Translations under genes and position numbers: made by a program
NCBI GenBank assembly: GCA_046595475.1
Contig: JBKJOQ010000059.1
Strand: one strand, 5' to 3'
DNA from: Rhizobacter sp.
GTDB lineage: Bacteria; Pseudomonadota; Gammaproteobacteria; Burkholderiales; Burkholderiaceae_C
DNA length: 24,000 nucleotides
Notes under the pieces: generated by a model
The model's database searches: none
What the model was told of the DNA's origin: nothing
Seen by the model: only the letters and a program-made list of their open reading frames with translations
Shown here: piece after piece, positions 1-8,733 of the stretch
Layout of the letters: the number at the start of each line of letters is the position of its first letter
Position numbering within the stretch: position 1 is the stretch's first letter

Positions 1-2310
1 CGGCCCGACGTGATGGCGGTCTACACCGTCACGCTGCGTGCGGCCAAGCTGCAGTACCCGGTGCTGCTGTCCAACGGCAACCTGGTCGACCAAGGCGACA
101 TGATGGCCGGCGTGTACGGCCCGCGGCACTTTGCCAAGTGGCACGACCCCTTCCCCAAGCCCAGCTACCTCTTTGCGCTGGTGGCCGCCGACCTGGTGGC
201 GCGCGAGCAGCACATACGCACCCGCTCGGGCAAAGACCACTTGCTGCAGGTGTACGTGCGCCGCGGTGACCTTGAGAAGACCGAGCACGCGATGAACTCG
301 CTGATCGCAAGCGTGGTGTGGGACGAAGCCCGCTTCAAGCTGCCGCTCGATCTGGAGCGCTTCATGATCGTTGCCGTGGGCGACTTCAACATGGGCGCGA
401 TGGAAAATAAGGGCCTGAACATCTTCAACACGAAGTTCGTTCTGGCCAACCCGGCCACCGCCACCGATGTCGATTACGCCGGCATCGAGAGCGTGGTGGG
501 CCACGAGTACTTCCACAACTGGACGGGCAACCGCATCACCTGCCGCGACTGGTTTCAGCTGAGCCTGAAAGAAGGCCTCACCGTCTTCCGCGACCAAGAG
601 TTCAGCATGGACATGGCGGGCACTGCCACTGCCCGCGCCGTGAAGCGCATTGAAGACGTGCGCACGCTGCGCCAGGTGCAGTTCCCCGAAGACGCCGGTG
701 GCATGGCCCACCCGGTGCGGCCCGACAGCTATGTCGAGATCAACAATTTCTACACCGCCACCGTCTACGAAAAGGGCGCAGAAGTCGTGCGCATGATGCA
801 GACCTTGGTGAGCAACCAGTCCGATCCCTTGGGGCGCGCGGGCTTCGCCCGTGGCATCACCCTCTATTTCAGCCGCTTCGATGGCCAGGCCGTGACCTGC
901 GATGACTTCGCCCAGGCCATCGCCGATGCCAACCCCGAGAGTGCACTCGCCAAGCAGTTGCTGCAGTTCAAGCGCTGGTACAGCCAGGCCGGCACACCGC
1001 GCGTGAGCGCACGCGGGCGCTACGACGCGCCTTCGCGCACCTACACCTTGGGCATCGAGCAGACCGCTCTGCCCTCACCCGGCCAGCCCGCCAAGCAAGC
1101 CTATGTGATCCCGCTGGCCATGGGTCTGGTGGGGCGCGACGGCCAAGCACTGCCCTTGCAGCTGGAAGGCGAAGCACAGCCAGTGGGCACCGAGCGCGTA
1201 CTGGTGCTCAACGAAGCGCGCACCTTCTTCACCTTCGTCAACGTCGACGTGGAGCCCGTGCCCTCGCTTCTGCGCGGTTTCTCGGCGCCGGTGGTGCTGG
1301 CCGATCAACTGGCCGATGCCGACCTGCTCACTCTGTTGAAGCATGACACCGATCCCTTCAACCGCTGGGAAGCCGGCCAGCGCCTGGCGCTGAATCGCCT
1401 GCTCGCGTGCATCAAAGACGGCGGCGTGCTGCAGCTCGACAACGCCTTCATCGACGCCATGCGCAGCCTGTTGCGCGACCCGCAGCTAGACGCGGCCTTC
1501 AAAGAGCTGGCGCTCACGCTGCCGAGCGAAATCTACCTCGCCGAGCAGCTCAACCCGGTCGACCCGCAGCGCATACACGCCGTGCGCGAAGCCATGCTGC
1601 TGCAGTTGGCCCAAGCCCTGCGCGACGACTGGGGCTGGGCCTTCGAGGCGCACCAGGTGAAGGGCGGCTACTCGCCCGACCCGATCTCATCGGGCCGCCG
1701 TGCGCTGGCCAACCTTGCGCTCACCATGCTGTGCCGCGACGCCCACGCCCGCGGTGACGCCGTGTGGCCGGGCCGCGCCTATGAGCGCTTCAAAGACGCT
1801 GGCAACATGACCGACCGCCTGGGTGCGCTCACCGCGCTCACGCACTCGCATGCCGAGCTGGCCGAGCTGGCGCTGCAGCGCTTCCACACCTTGTTCAAGG
1901 GCGAAGCGCTCGTCATCGACAAGTGGTTCACGCTGCAAGCCACCACGCCCGAAAAAGATGGCCAGGTGTTCACCCGCGCGAAGCACCTGCTCAAGCACCC
2001 CGACTTCTCGCTCAAGAACCCCAACCGCGCACGCAGCCTCATCGCCGCGCTGTGCATGGGCAACCCGGCGGCCTTTCATCGCAGCGATGCAGCGGGCTAT
2101 GTGTTCTGGGCCGACCGCATCATCGAGCTCGACGGCGTCAACCCGCAGCTTGCGGCCCGCTTGGCGCGCGTGATGGACCGCTGGAGCCAGCTGGCCGAGC
2201 CCTACCGCGCGGCAGCGGGTGAAGCCATCAAACGCGTGGCCGCCAAACCCGATCTTTCAAGCGACGTGGCCGAAGTCATCAACCGCGCGCTGCAACAGGA
2301 AACAGCATGA
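1..2310 (+). CDS. pepN: Aminopeptidase N (M1 family zinc metallopeptidase), 5' end outside window
   Basis: The translated frame contains the M1 exopeptidase motif [11 protein letters not shown] and the zinc-binding [13 protein letters not shown]...[10 protein letters not shown] (HExxH-18-E) motif. The long C-terminal ERAP1-like/DUF3458-type region is typical of PepN. The frame is open to position 1, so the true start is upstream. The stop overlaps the fbp start (ATGA at 2307-2310). Confidence 0.95.
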   Translation, partial: RPDVMAVYTVTLRAAKLQYPVLLSNGNLVDQGDMMAGVYGPRHFAKWHDPFPKPSYLFALVAADLVAREQHIRTRSGKDHLLQVYVRRGDLEKTEHAMNSLIASVVWDEARFKLPLDLERFMIVAVGDFNMGAMENKGLNIFNTKFVLANPATATDVDYAGIESVVGHEYFHNWTGNRITCRDWFQLSLKEGLTVFRDQEFSMDMAGTATARAVKRIEDVRTLRQVQFPEDAGGMAHPVRPDSYVEINNFYTATVYEKGAEVVRMMQTLVSNQSDPLGRAGFARGITLYFSRFDGQAVTCDDFAQAIADANPESALAKQLLQFKRWYSQAGTPRVSARGRYDAPSRTYTLGIEQTALPSPGQPAKQAYVIPLAMGLVGRDGQALPLQLEGEAQPVGTERVLVLNEARTFFTFVNVDVEPVPSLLRGFSAPVVLADQLADADLLTLLKHDTDPFNRWEAGQRLALNRLLACIKDGGVLQLDNAFIDAMRSLLRDPQLDAAFKELALTLPSEIYLAEQLNPVDPQRIHAVREAMLLQLAQALRDDWGWAFEAHQVKGGYSPDPISSGRRALANLALTMLCRDAHARGDAVWPGRAYERFKDAGNMTDRLGALTALTHSHAELAELALQRFHTLFKGEALVIDKWFTLQATTPEKDGQVFTRAKHLLKHPDFSLKNPNRARSLIAALCMGNPAAFHRSDAAGYVFWADRIIELDGVNPQLAARLARVMDRWSQLAEPYRAAAGEAIKRVAAKPDLSSDVAEVINRALQQETA

Positions 2311-3317
2311 CCCGAAGAATCAGCCTCACCCAGTACCTGGTCGAGCAACAGCGCCAGCACGGCCACATTCCCGGCCAGCTGCGCTTGTTGATCGAGGTGG
2401 TGGCACGTGCTTGCAAGCGCATCAGCATCAGCGTGAACAAGGGCGCCCTGGGCGACGTGCTCGGCACGGCCACAAGCGAAAACGTGCAGGGCGAGATCCA
2501 GAAGAAGCTGGACATCATTGCCAACGAGGTGCTGATCGAAGCCAACGAATGGGGCGGCGCGCTCGCGGCCATGGCCAGCGAAGAAATGGAAGGCATCTAC
2601 GTGGTGCCCAACCGCTACCCGCAAGGCGAATACCTGCTGCTGTTCGACCCTCTCGATGGCTCTTCGAACATCGACGTCAACGTGAGCATAGGCACCATCT
2701 TCTCGGTGCTGAAGAAGCCCGAGGGCCACGAAGGCGTAAGCGAGGCCGATTTCCTGCAAGCCGGCAGCAAGCAAGTGGCCGCCGGCTACTGCGTGTATGG
2801 CCCGCAAACCACGCTGGTGCTCACGGTGGGCGATGGCGTGACCATGTTCACCCTCGACCGCGAGCAAGGCTCGTGGGTGCTCACGCAAGACGGCGTGCAG
2901 ATCCCGGAAGACACCAAAGAGTTTGCCGTCAACATGAGCAACATGCGCCACTGGGCGCCGCCCATGAAGCGCTACATCGACGAGTGCCTGGCCGGCAAGA
3001 GCGGCCCGCGCGGCAAAGACTTCAACATGCGCTGGATCGCGAGCATGGTGGCCGACGTGCACCGCATCTTGACCCGCGGTGGCGTGTTCATGTACCCCTG
3101 GGACAAACGCGAGCCCGACAAGGCCGGCAAGCTGCGCCTGATGTATGAGGCCAACCCGATGGGCTTTCTGGTCGAGCAGGCGGGCGGCGCGGCAACGAAT
3201 ACGCAGCAGCGCATTCTCGACATCGAGCCGAGCAAGCTGCATCAGCGCGTGAGCGTGGTGCTGGGCTCCAAGAACGAGGTGGAGCGCGTCACCGCCTATC
3301 ACCAGGCGCAGAGCTGA
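2307..3317 (+). CDS. fbp: Fructose-1,6-bisphosphatase, class 1
   Basis: 336 aa. N-terminus [16 protein letters not shown]..., with [24 protein letters not shown] and [15 protein letters not shown] / [15 protein letters not shown] blocks characteristic of class I FBPase. Coupled to both flanking genes by overlapping stop and start codons. Confidence 0.95.
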   Translation: MTRRISLTQYLVEQQRQHGHIPGQLRLLIEVVARACKRISISVNKGALGDVLGTATSENVQGEIQKKLDIIANEVLIEANEWGGALAAMASEEMEGIYVVPNRYPQGEYLLLFDPLDGSSNIDVNVSIGTIFSVLKKPEGHEGVSEADFLQAGSKQVAAGYCVYGPQTTLVLTVGDGVTMFTLDREQGSWVLTQDGVQIPEDTKEFAVNMSNMRHWAPPMKRYIDECLAGKSGPRGKDFNMRWIASMVADVHRILTRGGVFMYPWDKREPDKAGKLRLMYEANPMGFLVEQAGGAATNTQQRILDIEPSKLHQRVSVVLGSKNEVERVTAYHQAQS

Positions 3318-3988
3318 TGGGCACCGTCTACCTGGTGCGCCACGGCCAGGCCTCGTTTGGCGCCGACAACTACGACAAGCTGAGCGATCTGGGCCACCGC
3401 CAATGCGAGCGGCTCGGCGAGTACTTTCGCGGCAAAGGCTTGCGCTTTGATGCCGCGCTGGTGGGCACGCTGCAACGCCAGATCGAGTCGCTGGCCGGCA
3501 TTGCCAAGGGCATGCAGTGGCAGGCAGAGCCGCTTTCATGGCCAGGGCTTAATGAATACGACAGCAAGGCGGTGGTGAGCGCCATTCACACCGGCCCGCT
3601 TGAAAAGCCCACCACGCCCGAACTCGTGCGCCACCACTTCCGCCTGTTGCGTGCAGGCCTTGCCGCCTGGATGGCCGGCACCAGCCAGCCCGAAGGCATG
3701 CCAAGCTATGCCGACTTCGTCGCAGGCATCACCGGGGCGCTAGACCACGTGCGTGGCAACCACCACGAGAAGAACGTGCTCATCGTCTCAAGCGGCGGGC
3801 CTATTTCGACCATCGTGGGCCATGTGCTGGGCATGTCACCCGAAGCGACCATTGACCTCAACATGCGCATACGCAACAGCTCGGTCACAGAGCTCGCTTT
3901 CACGCCCAAGCGGCACATGCTCATGACCTACAACACCCTGCCGCACCTCGATCACCCTGATCACGCGGCGTGGGTCACCTACGCTTGA
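3317..3988 (+). CDS. Histidine phosphatase family protein (phosphoglycerate-mutase-like)
   Basis: N-terminal VYLVRHGQASF (RHG catalytic motif) and later SSGGPIS/HxxG-like region. The start ATG overlaps the fbp stop (TGATG at 3315-3319). 223 aa. Confidence 0.85.
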   Translation: MGTVYLVRHGQASFGADNYDKLSDLGHRQCERLGEYFRGKGLRFDAALVGTLQRQIESLAGIAKGMQWQAEPLSWPGLNEYDSKAVVSAIHTGPLEKPTTPELVRHHFRLLRAGLAAWMAGTSQPEGMPSYADFVAGITGALDHVRGNHHEKNVLIVSSGGPISTIVGHVLGMSPEATIDLNMRIRNSSVTELAFTPKRHMLMTYNTLPHLDHPDHAAWVTYA

Positions 3989-4003
3989 GGCAAACGGCCC
4001 CGC

Positions 4004-4009
4004 TATAAT
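4004..4009 (+). promoter_or_regulatory. Candidate sigma70 -10 box (TATAAT) for tRNA-Thr, followed by a GC-rich discriminator
   Basis: A perfect TATAAT hexamer in a GC-rich background, 14 nt upstream of the mature tRNA 5' end. It is followed by CTCGCGC, a GC discriminator typical of stable-RNA promoters. No convincing -35 was found. Confidence 0.4.
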
Positions 4010-4023
4010 CTCGCGCTTCACCT

Positions 4024-4099
4024 GCCGGTGTAGCTCAGTTGGTAGAGCAGCGCATTCGTAATGCGAAGGTCGAGGGTTCGACTCCTTTCACCGGCACCA
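4024..4099 (+). tRNA. tRNA-Thr (anticodon CGU)
   Basis: Hand-folded cloverleaf. Acceptor GCCGGTG/CACCGGC, D arm GCTC-AGTTGGTA-GAGC, anticodon arm GCGCA-TTCGTAA-TGCGA (anticodon CGT), T arm with a GTTCGACT loop, discriminator A, and encoded CCA. 76 nt. Confidence 0.95.
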
Positions 4100-4117
4100 C
4101 ACAAATCGACACCCCGA

Positions 4118-4153
4118 AGCCAGCGACGCCGCTCTGCGGCTCGTTGGCTTTTT
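4118..4153 (+). terminator. Rho-independent terminator downstream of tRNA-Thr
   Basis: AGCCAGCGA(c)GCCGC-tct-GCGGC-TCGTTGGCT forms about 14 bp of stem (one G:U pair, one bulge), followed by TTTTT. Confidence 0.65.
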
Positions 4154-4232
4154 GGTATCTGAACGAGATTGCATGAGCACGCTGGGCCGCCCCAAGGGCG
4201 AATACCGAAGTGCGAAGCACGAAGGTATTTCA

Positions 4233-4655
4233 ATGAGCTCAACTTTGTCGACAACAAGCCCTCTCGCTCGCATGCTGGTCAACATCATTCAAGCCCGGCG
4301 GCCCTGGCAGCTGATCTTGTTCGTGCTGGTCTGCGTGGTGTGTTACCTCACCCTCACGCCCAGCCCGCCCAAAGGCGTCGACCTGGGCTGGGACAAGCTG
4401 AACCACGCCACCGCGTTCGCCGCGTTGACTGTGGCGGGCTGCTTCGCCTTTCCTGGATCTTGGCGCACCGTGCTGGCAGTGCTGCTCGGGCTGCTGGCCC
4501 TGGGCGGGCTGATCGAGGTGGTGCAGTACTTCGTGCCCGGCCGCAGCTGCGACCTGCTCGATGTAGTGGCCGATGCCGTTGGCATGGCGGTTGGCGCCAC
4601 TGTGGCGCTGCTGACGACAAAACTGGCGCGGCGGGCGCAAGCAGCGCCCGCCTGA
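4233..4655 (+). CDS. VanZ-like family membrane protein
   Basis: Four hydrophobic segments, with the VanZ-type motifs WDKLNHATAF and IEVVQYFVPGRSCDLLDVVADAVG. The track ORF begins at 4152, inside the tRNA terminator, so an internal ATG is preferred (4233, alternatively 4272). The start is uncertain. Confidence 0.7.
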   Translation: MSSTLSTTSPLARMLVNIIQARRPWQLILFVLVCVVCYLTLTPSPPKGVDLGWDKLNHATAFAALTVAGCFAFPGSWRTVLAVLLGLLALGGLIEVVQYFVPGRSCDLLDVVADAVGMAVGATVALLTTKLARRAQAAPA

Positions 4656-4658
4656 AAC

Positions 4659-4928
4659 TCACTGGTCGCGGCGCTGCAAGCGCTCCCAGAACGAGACGGC
4701 CTTACTGACCCAGGCACGGTAGTGCGGGTCTTGCGCCGAATAAAACGGAATGCCGCGCTCAACGAAGCGAGCCGCGGCCTGCGCCAACGCCACCCGCGAG
4801 GGGCTGGCGCCGTGCTCCAGCTCAATTCCTTCCAGCGCATGCAGCGCGGTGAAGCGCGGCATCGGTTCGGGCGCCATCAAGTGCTCGCGCAGAGTCGAAG
4901 AATCCATGGCGGAAGAGGCAGAGGGCAT
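4659..4928 (-). CDS. Hypothetical small protein (about 89 aa)
   Basis: ORF with a GGAG Shine-Dalgarno 6 nt upstream of the ATG at 4928 (minus strand). The composition is not Arg/Ala-skewed like the antisense artefacts. No family recognised. Convergent with the VanZ-like gene. Confidence 0.45.
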   Translation of the reverse strand: MPSASSAMDSSTLREHLMAPEPMPRFTALHALEGIELEHGASPSRVALAQAAARFVERGIPFYSAQDPHYRAWVSKAVSFWERLQRRDQ

Positions 4929-5437
4929 GCAAGGCTCCGTGAGCAGTCGGTCCGCTATTCTTCGTCTCAATCGACCGCACCTTGAGCAGCAACAACGGCC
5001 CACCTGCGCCTCATTTCACGCTTATGGCTTGGCTGCCAGCCCGGCCCCACACGCTGCGTAGTGCGTATCCAACAAACCGTTTCCAAGTGCAAGCACGCCG
5101 AAAATCTCGCCTGCAAGCCTCCATTCAGAATGCATCGCAATGCGACGGGCGTGCGTACTTCTCGTTCTGGAGAAGGTGAGCGCCAACCATTGCATTGCGG
5201 CACGTCACCCTGTGGCTAAGGTGTCAAAACCGCTGACGAATTCGGCAGCGAAAACCCGGCTGCACCGTTTGAACGCCAAGTCCTCGCGCAAGCCCCTTGC
5301 TCAGGGTGGAGAGGCCCTTCCTACGGGTTCGCACCACTTGGGCACCTCCGTGAGGCCCGATATCTTCGCAGACGGAAATACGAACGAGCGTTCTTTTTTG
5401 CACGCCGTTCCGAAAATCAAGACAGTGGAGAGAACCC

Positions 5438-6427
5438 ATGAAGCCAATGCTTGTGTCAGACGTCGGTTGGTGCATCGCGATGAAGGATGTCTTTACCGCA
5501 TGCGGCCTGGATGCTGAGGCCTTGCTCGCGAAAGCCGGTTTCAACTTCAGCGGTACCGACCAGGTCGACGTCACCGAACTGACCGACGCGTTCAGCCGCG
5601 CGTGGGAATTGGCTGTCGCGCAAACGGGCAACCCGGCGATCGGCCTCACCGCACCGTCGCACCCGCTGAAATCACTGGGCGTGCTGTCGCACATGGTGCT
5701 GTCGGCACCCGACTTGCGCGGCGCCATGCAAGCCATCGTGCGCTTCACGCACCTGATCTCGCCGACCGCCACCTTCGATGCCAAGCTCGATGGCGGCAGC
5801 TGCTTTCTGATCCTTGAAATCGCGCCTGGCCGCAACCCGGTGCCGAGCCAGCGCTACGACTTCTACTCCACCGTGCTCTTGCAAGCCGCGCGCTGGATCA
5901 CCGGGCGCCACCTGACGCCGCGGGCCTTCTATCACCCGGCGCCCACGCCCGCCGACCCCACGCCGTGGCATGAGGCCTACGGCTGCCCGGTGCACTTCGG
6001 CAGCAGCAAATGCATGCTCGAGTTGTCGAGCGCCGACCTCTCGCTGCCGATTCCCACCGCCGACCCGCGCGTGGCCGACCTGTGCGACCGCCTCGCCACG
6101 CAAGTGGCTGAGCAGCAAGGCGGCTCGGTCAGCATCCGCGTGCGCCAGGCACTGCAAAAGATCATCGCCAAGGGCGAGCCGCGCCGTCAGACAGTGGCCA
6201 CCATGCTGTGCATCAGCGAGCGCACCTTGCAGCGTCGGCTTACCGAAGAAGGCACGAGCTTCGCCGAGCTGGTCGACGAAGTGCGGCGCGAACTGGCGCA
6301 GCGCTACTTCAAGCACAGCACCATCAGCTCCACCGAAATCACCTTTGCGCTGGGCTTTGCCGACCCCAGCAATTTCTATCGTGCATGCAAGCGCTGGTTT
6401 GGTCGCTCACCCAGCACCATGCGCTAA
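5438..6427 (+). CDS. AraC family transcriptional regulator (N-terminal AraC-binding-like domain + C-terminal HTH)
   Basis: The C-terminus ...ISERTLQRRLTEEGTSFAELVDEVRRELAQRYF...STEITFALGFADPSNFYRACKRWFGRSPSTMR is a classic double-HTH AraC signature. GGAGAG RBS 7 nt upstream of the ATG. Confidence 0.9.
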   Translation: MKPMLVSDVGWCIAMKDVFTACGLDAEALLAKAGFNFSGTDQVDVTELTDAFSRAWELAVAQTGNPAIGLTAPSHPLKSLGVLSHMVLSAPDLRGAMQAIVRFTHLISPTATFDAKLDGGSCFLILEIAPGRNPVPSQRYDFYSTVLLQAARWITGRHLTPRAFYHPAPTPADPTPWHEAYGCPVHFGSSKCMLELSSADLSLPIPTADPRVADLCDRLATQVAEQQGGSVSIRVRQALQKIIAKGEPRRQTVATMLCISERTLQRRLTEEGTSFAELVDEVRRELAQRYFKHSTISSTEITFALGFADPSNFYRACKRWFGRSPSTMR

Positions 6428-6451
6428 CAGCCTTACCGCGTAGTCACCGAG

Positions 6452-6910
6452 ATGATCGAAAGCGCCGAAGCGTTTGCCGAGATGGTCAACAGCACGCCTC
6501 CCGACCCGTTTCGTCTGGCCTGGGCCGAAGCGCCAACGGCGGTGTGGTGGGAGCTCGTGGATCGCTATCCGCATCTGTCGGCCTGGGTGGCTGCAAACCG
6601 CACCGTGCCTGAGGAAGTGCTGGCGCATCTCGCATCCCATGGCAACACACAGGCACGCACGGTCGTGGCCTCCAAGGCCCAACTCCCTGAGCAACTGCTC
6701 TTGATCCTGGCGCACGACAAAGACGAAGCCGTGCGCCTGCGTGTGGCGTTCAATGCGCTGGCCACCCGCGAGGTGCTGGCTTCGCTCGCCAGCGACGCCT
6801 GTCCCGTCGTGCGCATGCACGCGCAAGCGCGCCTCACCCACGGCATCAGTGGCAACAACTTGCCCGCGTCGTATCTCGACTCCGTCAGCCTCGCAGACCT
6901 GCTGCACTGA
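6452..6910 (+). CDS. Hypothetical protein with leucine-rich-repeat-variant / HEAT-like helical repeats
   Basis: Repeats of roughly 23-24 aa: PEEVLAHLASHGNTQARTVVA / PEQLLLILAHDKDEAVRLRVA / TREVLASLASDACPVVRMHA. It starts 24 nt after the AraC stop, so it is probably co-transcribed. No clear RBS. Confidence 0.55.
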   Translation: MIESAEAFAEMVNSTPPDPFRLAWAEAPTAVWWELVDRYPHLSAWVAANRTVPEEVLAHLASHGNTQARTVVASKAQLPEQLLLILAHDKDEAVRLRVAFNALATREVLASLASDACPVVRMHAQARLTHGISGNNLPASYLDSVSLADLLH

Positions 6911-7236
6911 AGGCGACTGCGCCTCTCCACGGGCCGCATAGACGCGCGTCACCCACGCGTGATGAGCCACGCTCCAAAAATTGGGGCGGAATGGTACTAG
7001 GCGAAAACCCTCTCCGCGTTTGAGTGGTTCCGCGGGCCATGAGCTTGGCCCGATCGGTCAGTGCCATTCGTGAACCAACTAACGATCATCGCGCTGCGCC
7101 TCTGACGAACGCTTCACCGGGCCAGCAACGCTACCGCACCGCCAGTCCGGGTCGGGCACAACCCATGAGGGTCGGGGTACAAGAAGTGCGCGAGTCCTAC
7201 TTCAACTTACAGCAACAACTATCTGGAGATCCAAAC

Positions 7237-7770
7237 ATGAAACTGATCAAACTGTCCGTCCTCGCCGCAGCCCTGGTGCTGAGCTTCTCTGCTTCCGCCG
7301 CCATGACCCCCATCAGCGACTCCGCCCTCAGCGAGGTCACGGGCCAAGACGGCGTGACGATCGCAGGTGACCTGAAAATCAACATCGGCTCGTTCCGCTA
7401 CACCGACACCGACGCCACCGGCGGCTCCGTGTCGTTCAACAACATCGGCATCAACGGCATGTTCGTGATGACCGTGGACATCCTCAATGCCGCAGCCTTC
7501 TCGGGCGGCGTGGGTGCGGCCATGGTCAGCCACGGCCTGACGGCTGCTGAAGCCGCCACGAACCTCACCGCACTGGTGACCAACGGCGTGTACGACAACG
7601 CCAGCGACGTGGTTCAGTTCGCTTTCCCCGCTGCCAACCTCGACACCCGCCTGACCCCGAGCATCTCGGTGGCCTCGATCACCATGGGCCACAGCACGCG
7701 GTCGTTCGGCAGCGTCGCCTTGAACAACATCGACCTGCAAGGCACCAAGATCTGGCTGTGGGCTCACTGA
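7237..7770 (+). CDS. Secreted leader-motif protein P1 (177 aa), candidate major subunit of the cluster
   Basis: GGAG RBS 8 nt upstream. Sec signal [21 protein letters not shown], followed at once by [14 protein letters not shown]. The mature part is Cys-free and G/N/S/T/A/V-rich, with an internal repeat [12 protein letters not shown] / [12 protein letters not shown]. The track ORF start at 7024 was rejected. Confidence 0.8.
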   Translation: MKLIKLSVLAAALVLSFSASAAMTPISDSALSEVTGQDGVTIAGDLKINIGSFRYTDTDATGGSVSFNNIGINGMFVMTVDILNAAAFSGGVGAAMVSHGLTAAEAATNLTALVTNGVYDNASDVVQFAFPAANLDTRLTPSISVASITMGHSTRSFGSVALNNIDLQGTKIWLWAH

Positions 7771-7824
7771 GCCATGAGTTGACGGCGCCCTCTCTCTTTG
7801 GGCGCTAGCTCGATGCATCGTTAG

Positions 7825-7860
7825 GCCCCGTGGCCCTCCCGCCACGGGGCATTTGTGTGT
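7825..7860 (+). terminator. Stem-loop (10-bp perfect GC-rich stem) + T-rich tail after P1: terminator or attenuator
   Basis: GCCCCGTGGC-cctccc-GCCACGGGGC at 7825-7850, followed by ATTTGTGTGT. It lies in the 157-nt gap between P1 and P2. Confidence 0.6.
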
Positions 7861-7927
7861 CGCGCTCGTGTGTTGCATCGCTTGCCACTCACTTACCCAA
7901 CTTCGAACCGCCCTATGGGCCACCACC

Positions 7928-8731
7928 ATGCCAGTCCGTTTCACATTCGCTGTTTGCCTCGTCGCCGCTCTGTGTGGCGCGGGCACGGCTGTGCACGCCC
8001 AGGGTGTGGCACTGGCCGACAGCGAACTCTCCAACGTGTGGGGCCAGGCGCTGCTGGACCTCACCAACACCAGCCTCAACGGCTACGACTTCTCTCGAAT
8101 CACGCTTGGCGCCGACATCCAGCTCAGCGCCAACTTGAGCAACGTGCGGCTGGGCGAATACAGCTACGCCGCGCGGAACGCGACCGGCGCCGACATTGAC
8201 CTCGGCCTGTTTCGCTTCGGGCGCAGCGATGGCACCGACGCACAGCGCACGGTGAGCATCACCGACCCCTACTTCGAATTCGTCTACAAGAACAACAGCG
8301 ACGCAGCCACACGCGAAGTGGTGGGCATGCGCCTGGGCTTCGGCAGCATCAAGGGCGATCTCGGCGTGCAGCTCAACGCCGTGAGCGGCTCCTTGCTGAT
8401 CAACGGTGGCGCGCTTGGCACGCTCGATTCGCGCAGCGACACGCTGGGCGGCAAGCGCTGGGACGGCGGGAGCTGCGGCGCCAGCGCCTGCCCCTTCACG
8501 CTGGCACAAATCAGCACGCTTACCGCCGGAGACGCCAGCGGCCCCAGCCGCGACTTCTTCATCTCGGTGCTCAAGCAGGCCGTGCAGTTCCCCGGCACCA
8601 GCGCCGCTGTCGGCGCATCAGACCCGGCGCTGGCCGGCTTCTGGCTCAACTGGCGCGATCGTCTCTCCGCGACCGGACTCAACCAGCCGGTGCCACCCAA
8701 CCTGCCCAAGCTGGCCATCGGCGGCGGCTGA
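7928..8731 (+). CDS. Secreted leader-motif protein P2 (267 aa)
   Basis: Sec signal MPVRFTFAVCLVAALCGAGTAVHA, then QGVA-LADSELSNVWGQ. Start chosen at the Met that yields a signal peptide; the track start at 7853 lies in the terminator tail. Confidence 0.72.
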   Translation: MPVRFTFAVCLVAALCGAGTAVHAQGVALADSELSNVWGQALLDLTNTSLNGYDFSRITLGADIQLSANLSNVRLGEYSYAARNATGADIDLGLFRFGRSDGTDAQRTVSITDPYFEFVYKNNSDAATREVVGMRLGFGSIKGDLGVQLNAVSGSLLINGGALGTLDSRSDTLGGKRWDGGSCGASACPFTLAQISTLTAGDASGPSRDFFISVLKQAVQFPGTSAAVGASDPALAGFWLNWRDRLSATGLNQPVPPNLPKLAIGGG

Positions 8732-8733
8732 AC

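Noticed and set aside
2202-3539. 445-aa ORF on the minus strand
   Set aside because: Entirely antisense to the well-supported fbp gene. Its Arg/Ala/His/Gly-rich, low-complexity translation is typical of GC-driven shadow ORFs. No motif recognised.
4152-4232. Upstream extension of the VanZ-like ORF
   Set aside because: A start at 4152 lies inside the T-tract of the tRNA-Thr terminator. The extension is hydrophilic and unlike VanZ N-termini, so an internal ATG is preferred.
5224-6316. Minus-strand ORFs of 203 aa and 214 aa overlapping the AraC gene region
   Set aside because: The plus-strand AraC HTH signature is unambiguous. The minus-strand translations have no motifs and show shadow-ORF composition.
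7024-7236. N-terminal extension of P1 (track ORF starts at 7024)
   Set aside because: The extension is Arg/Pro/Gln-rich and has no RBS. The ATG at 7237 has a GGAG Shine-Dalgarno at proper spacing and yields a canonical signal peptide.
7219-8079. 286-aa minus-strand ORF across P1 and the P1-P2 gap
   Set aside because: Antisense to P1 and running through the terminator hairpin. Arg/His/Ala-rich shadow composition.
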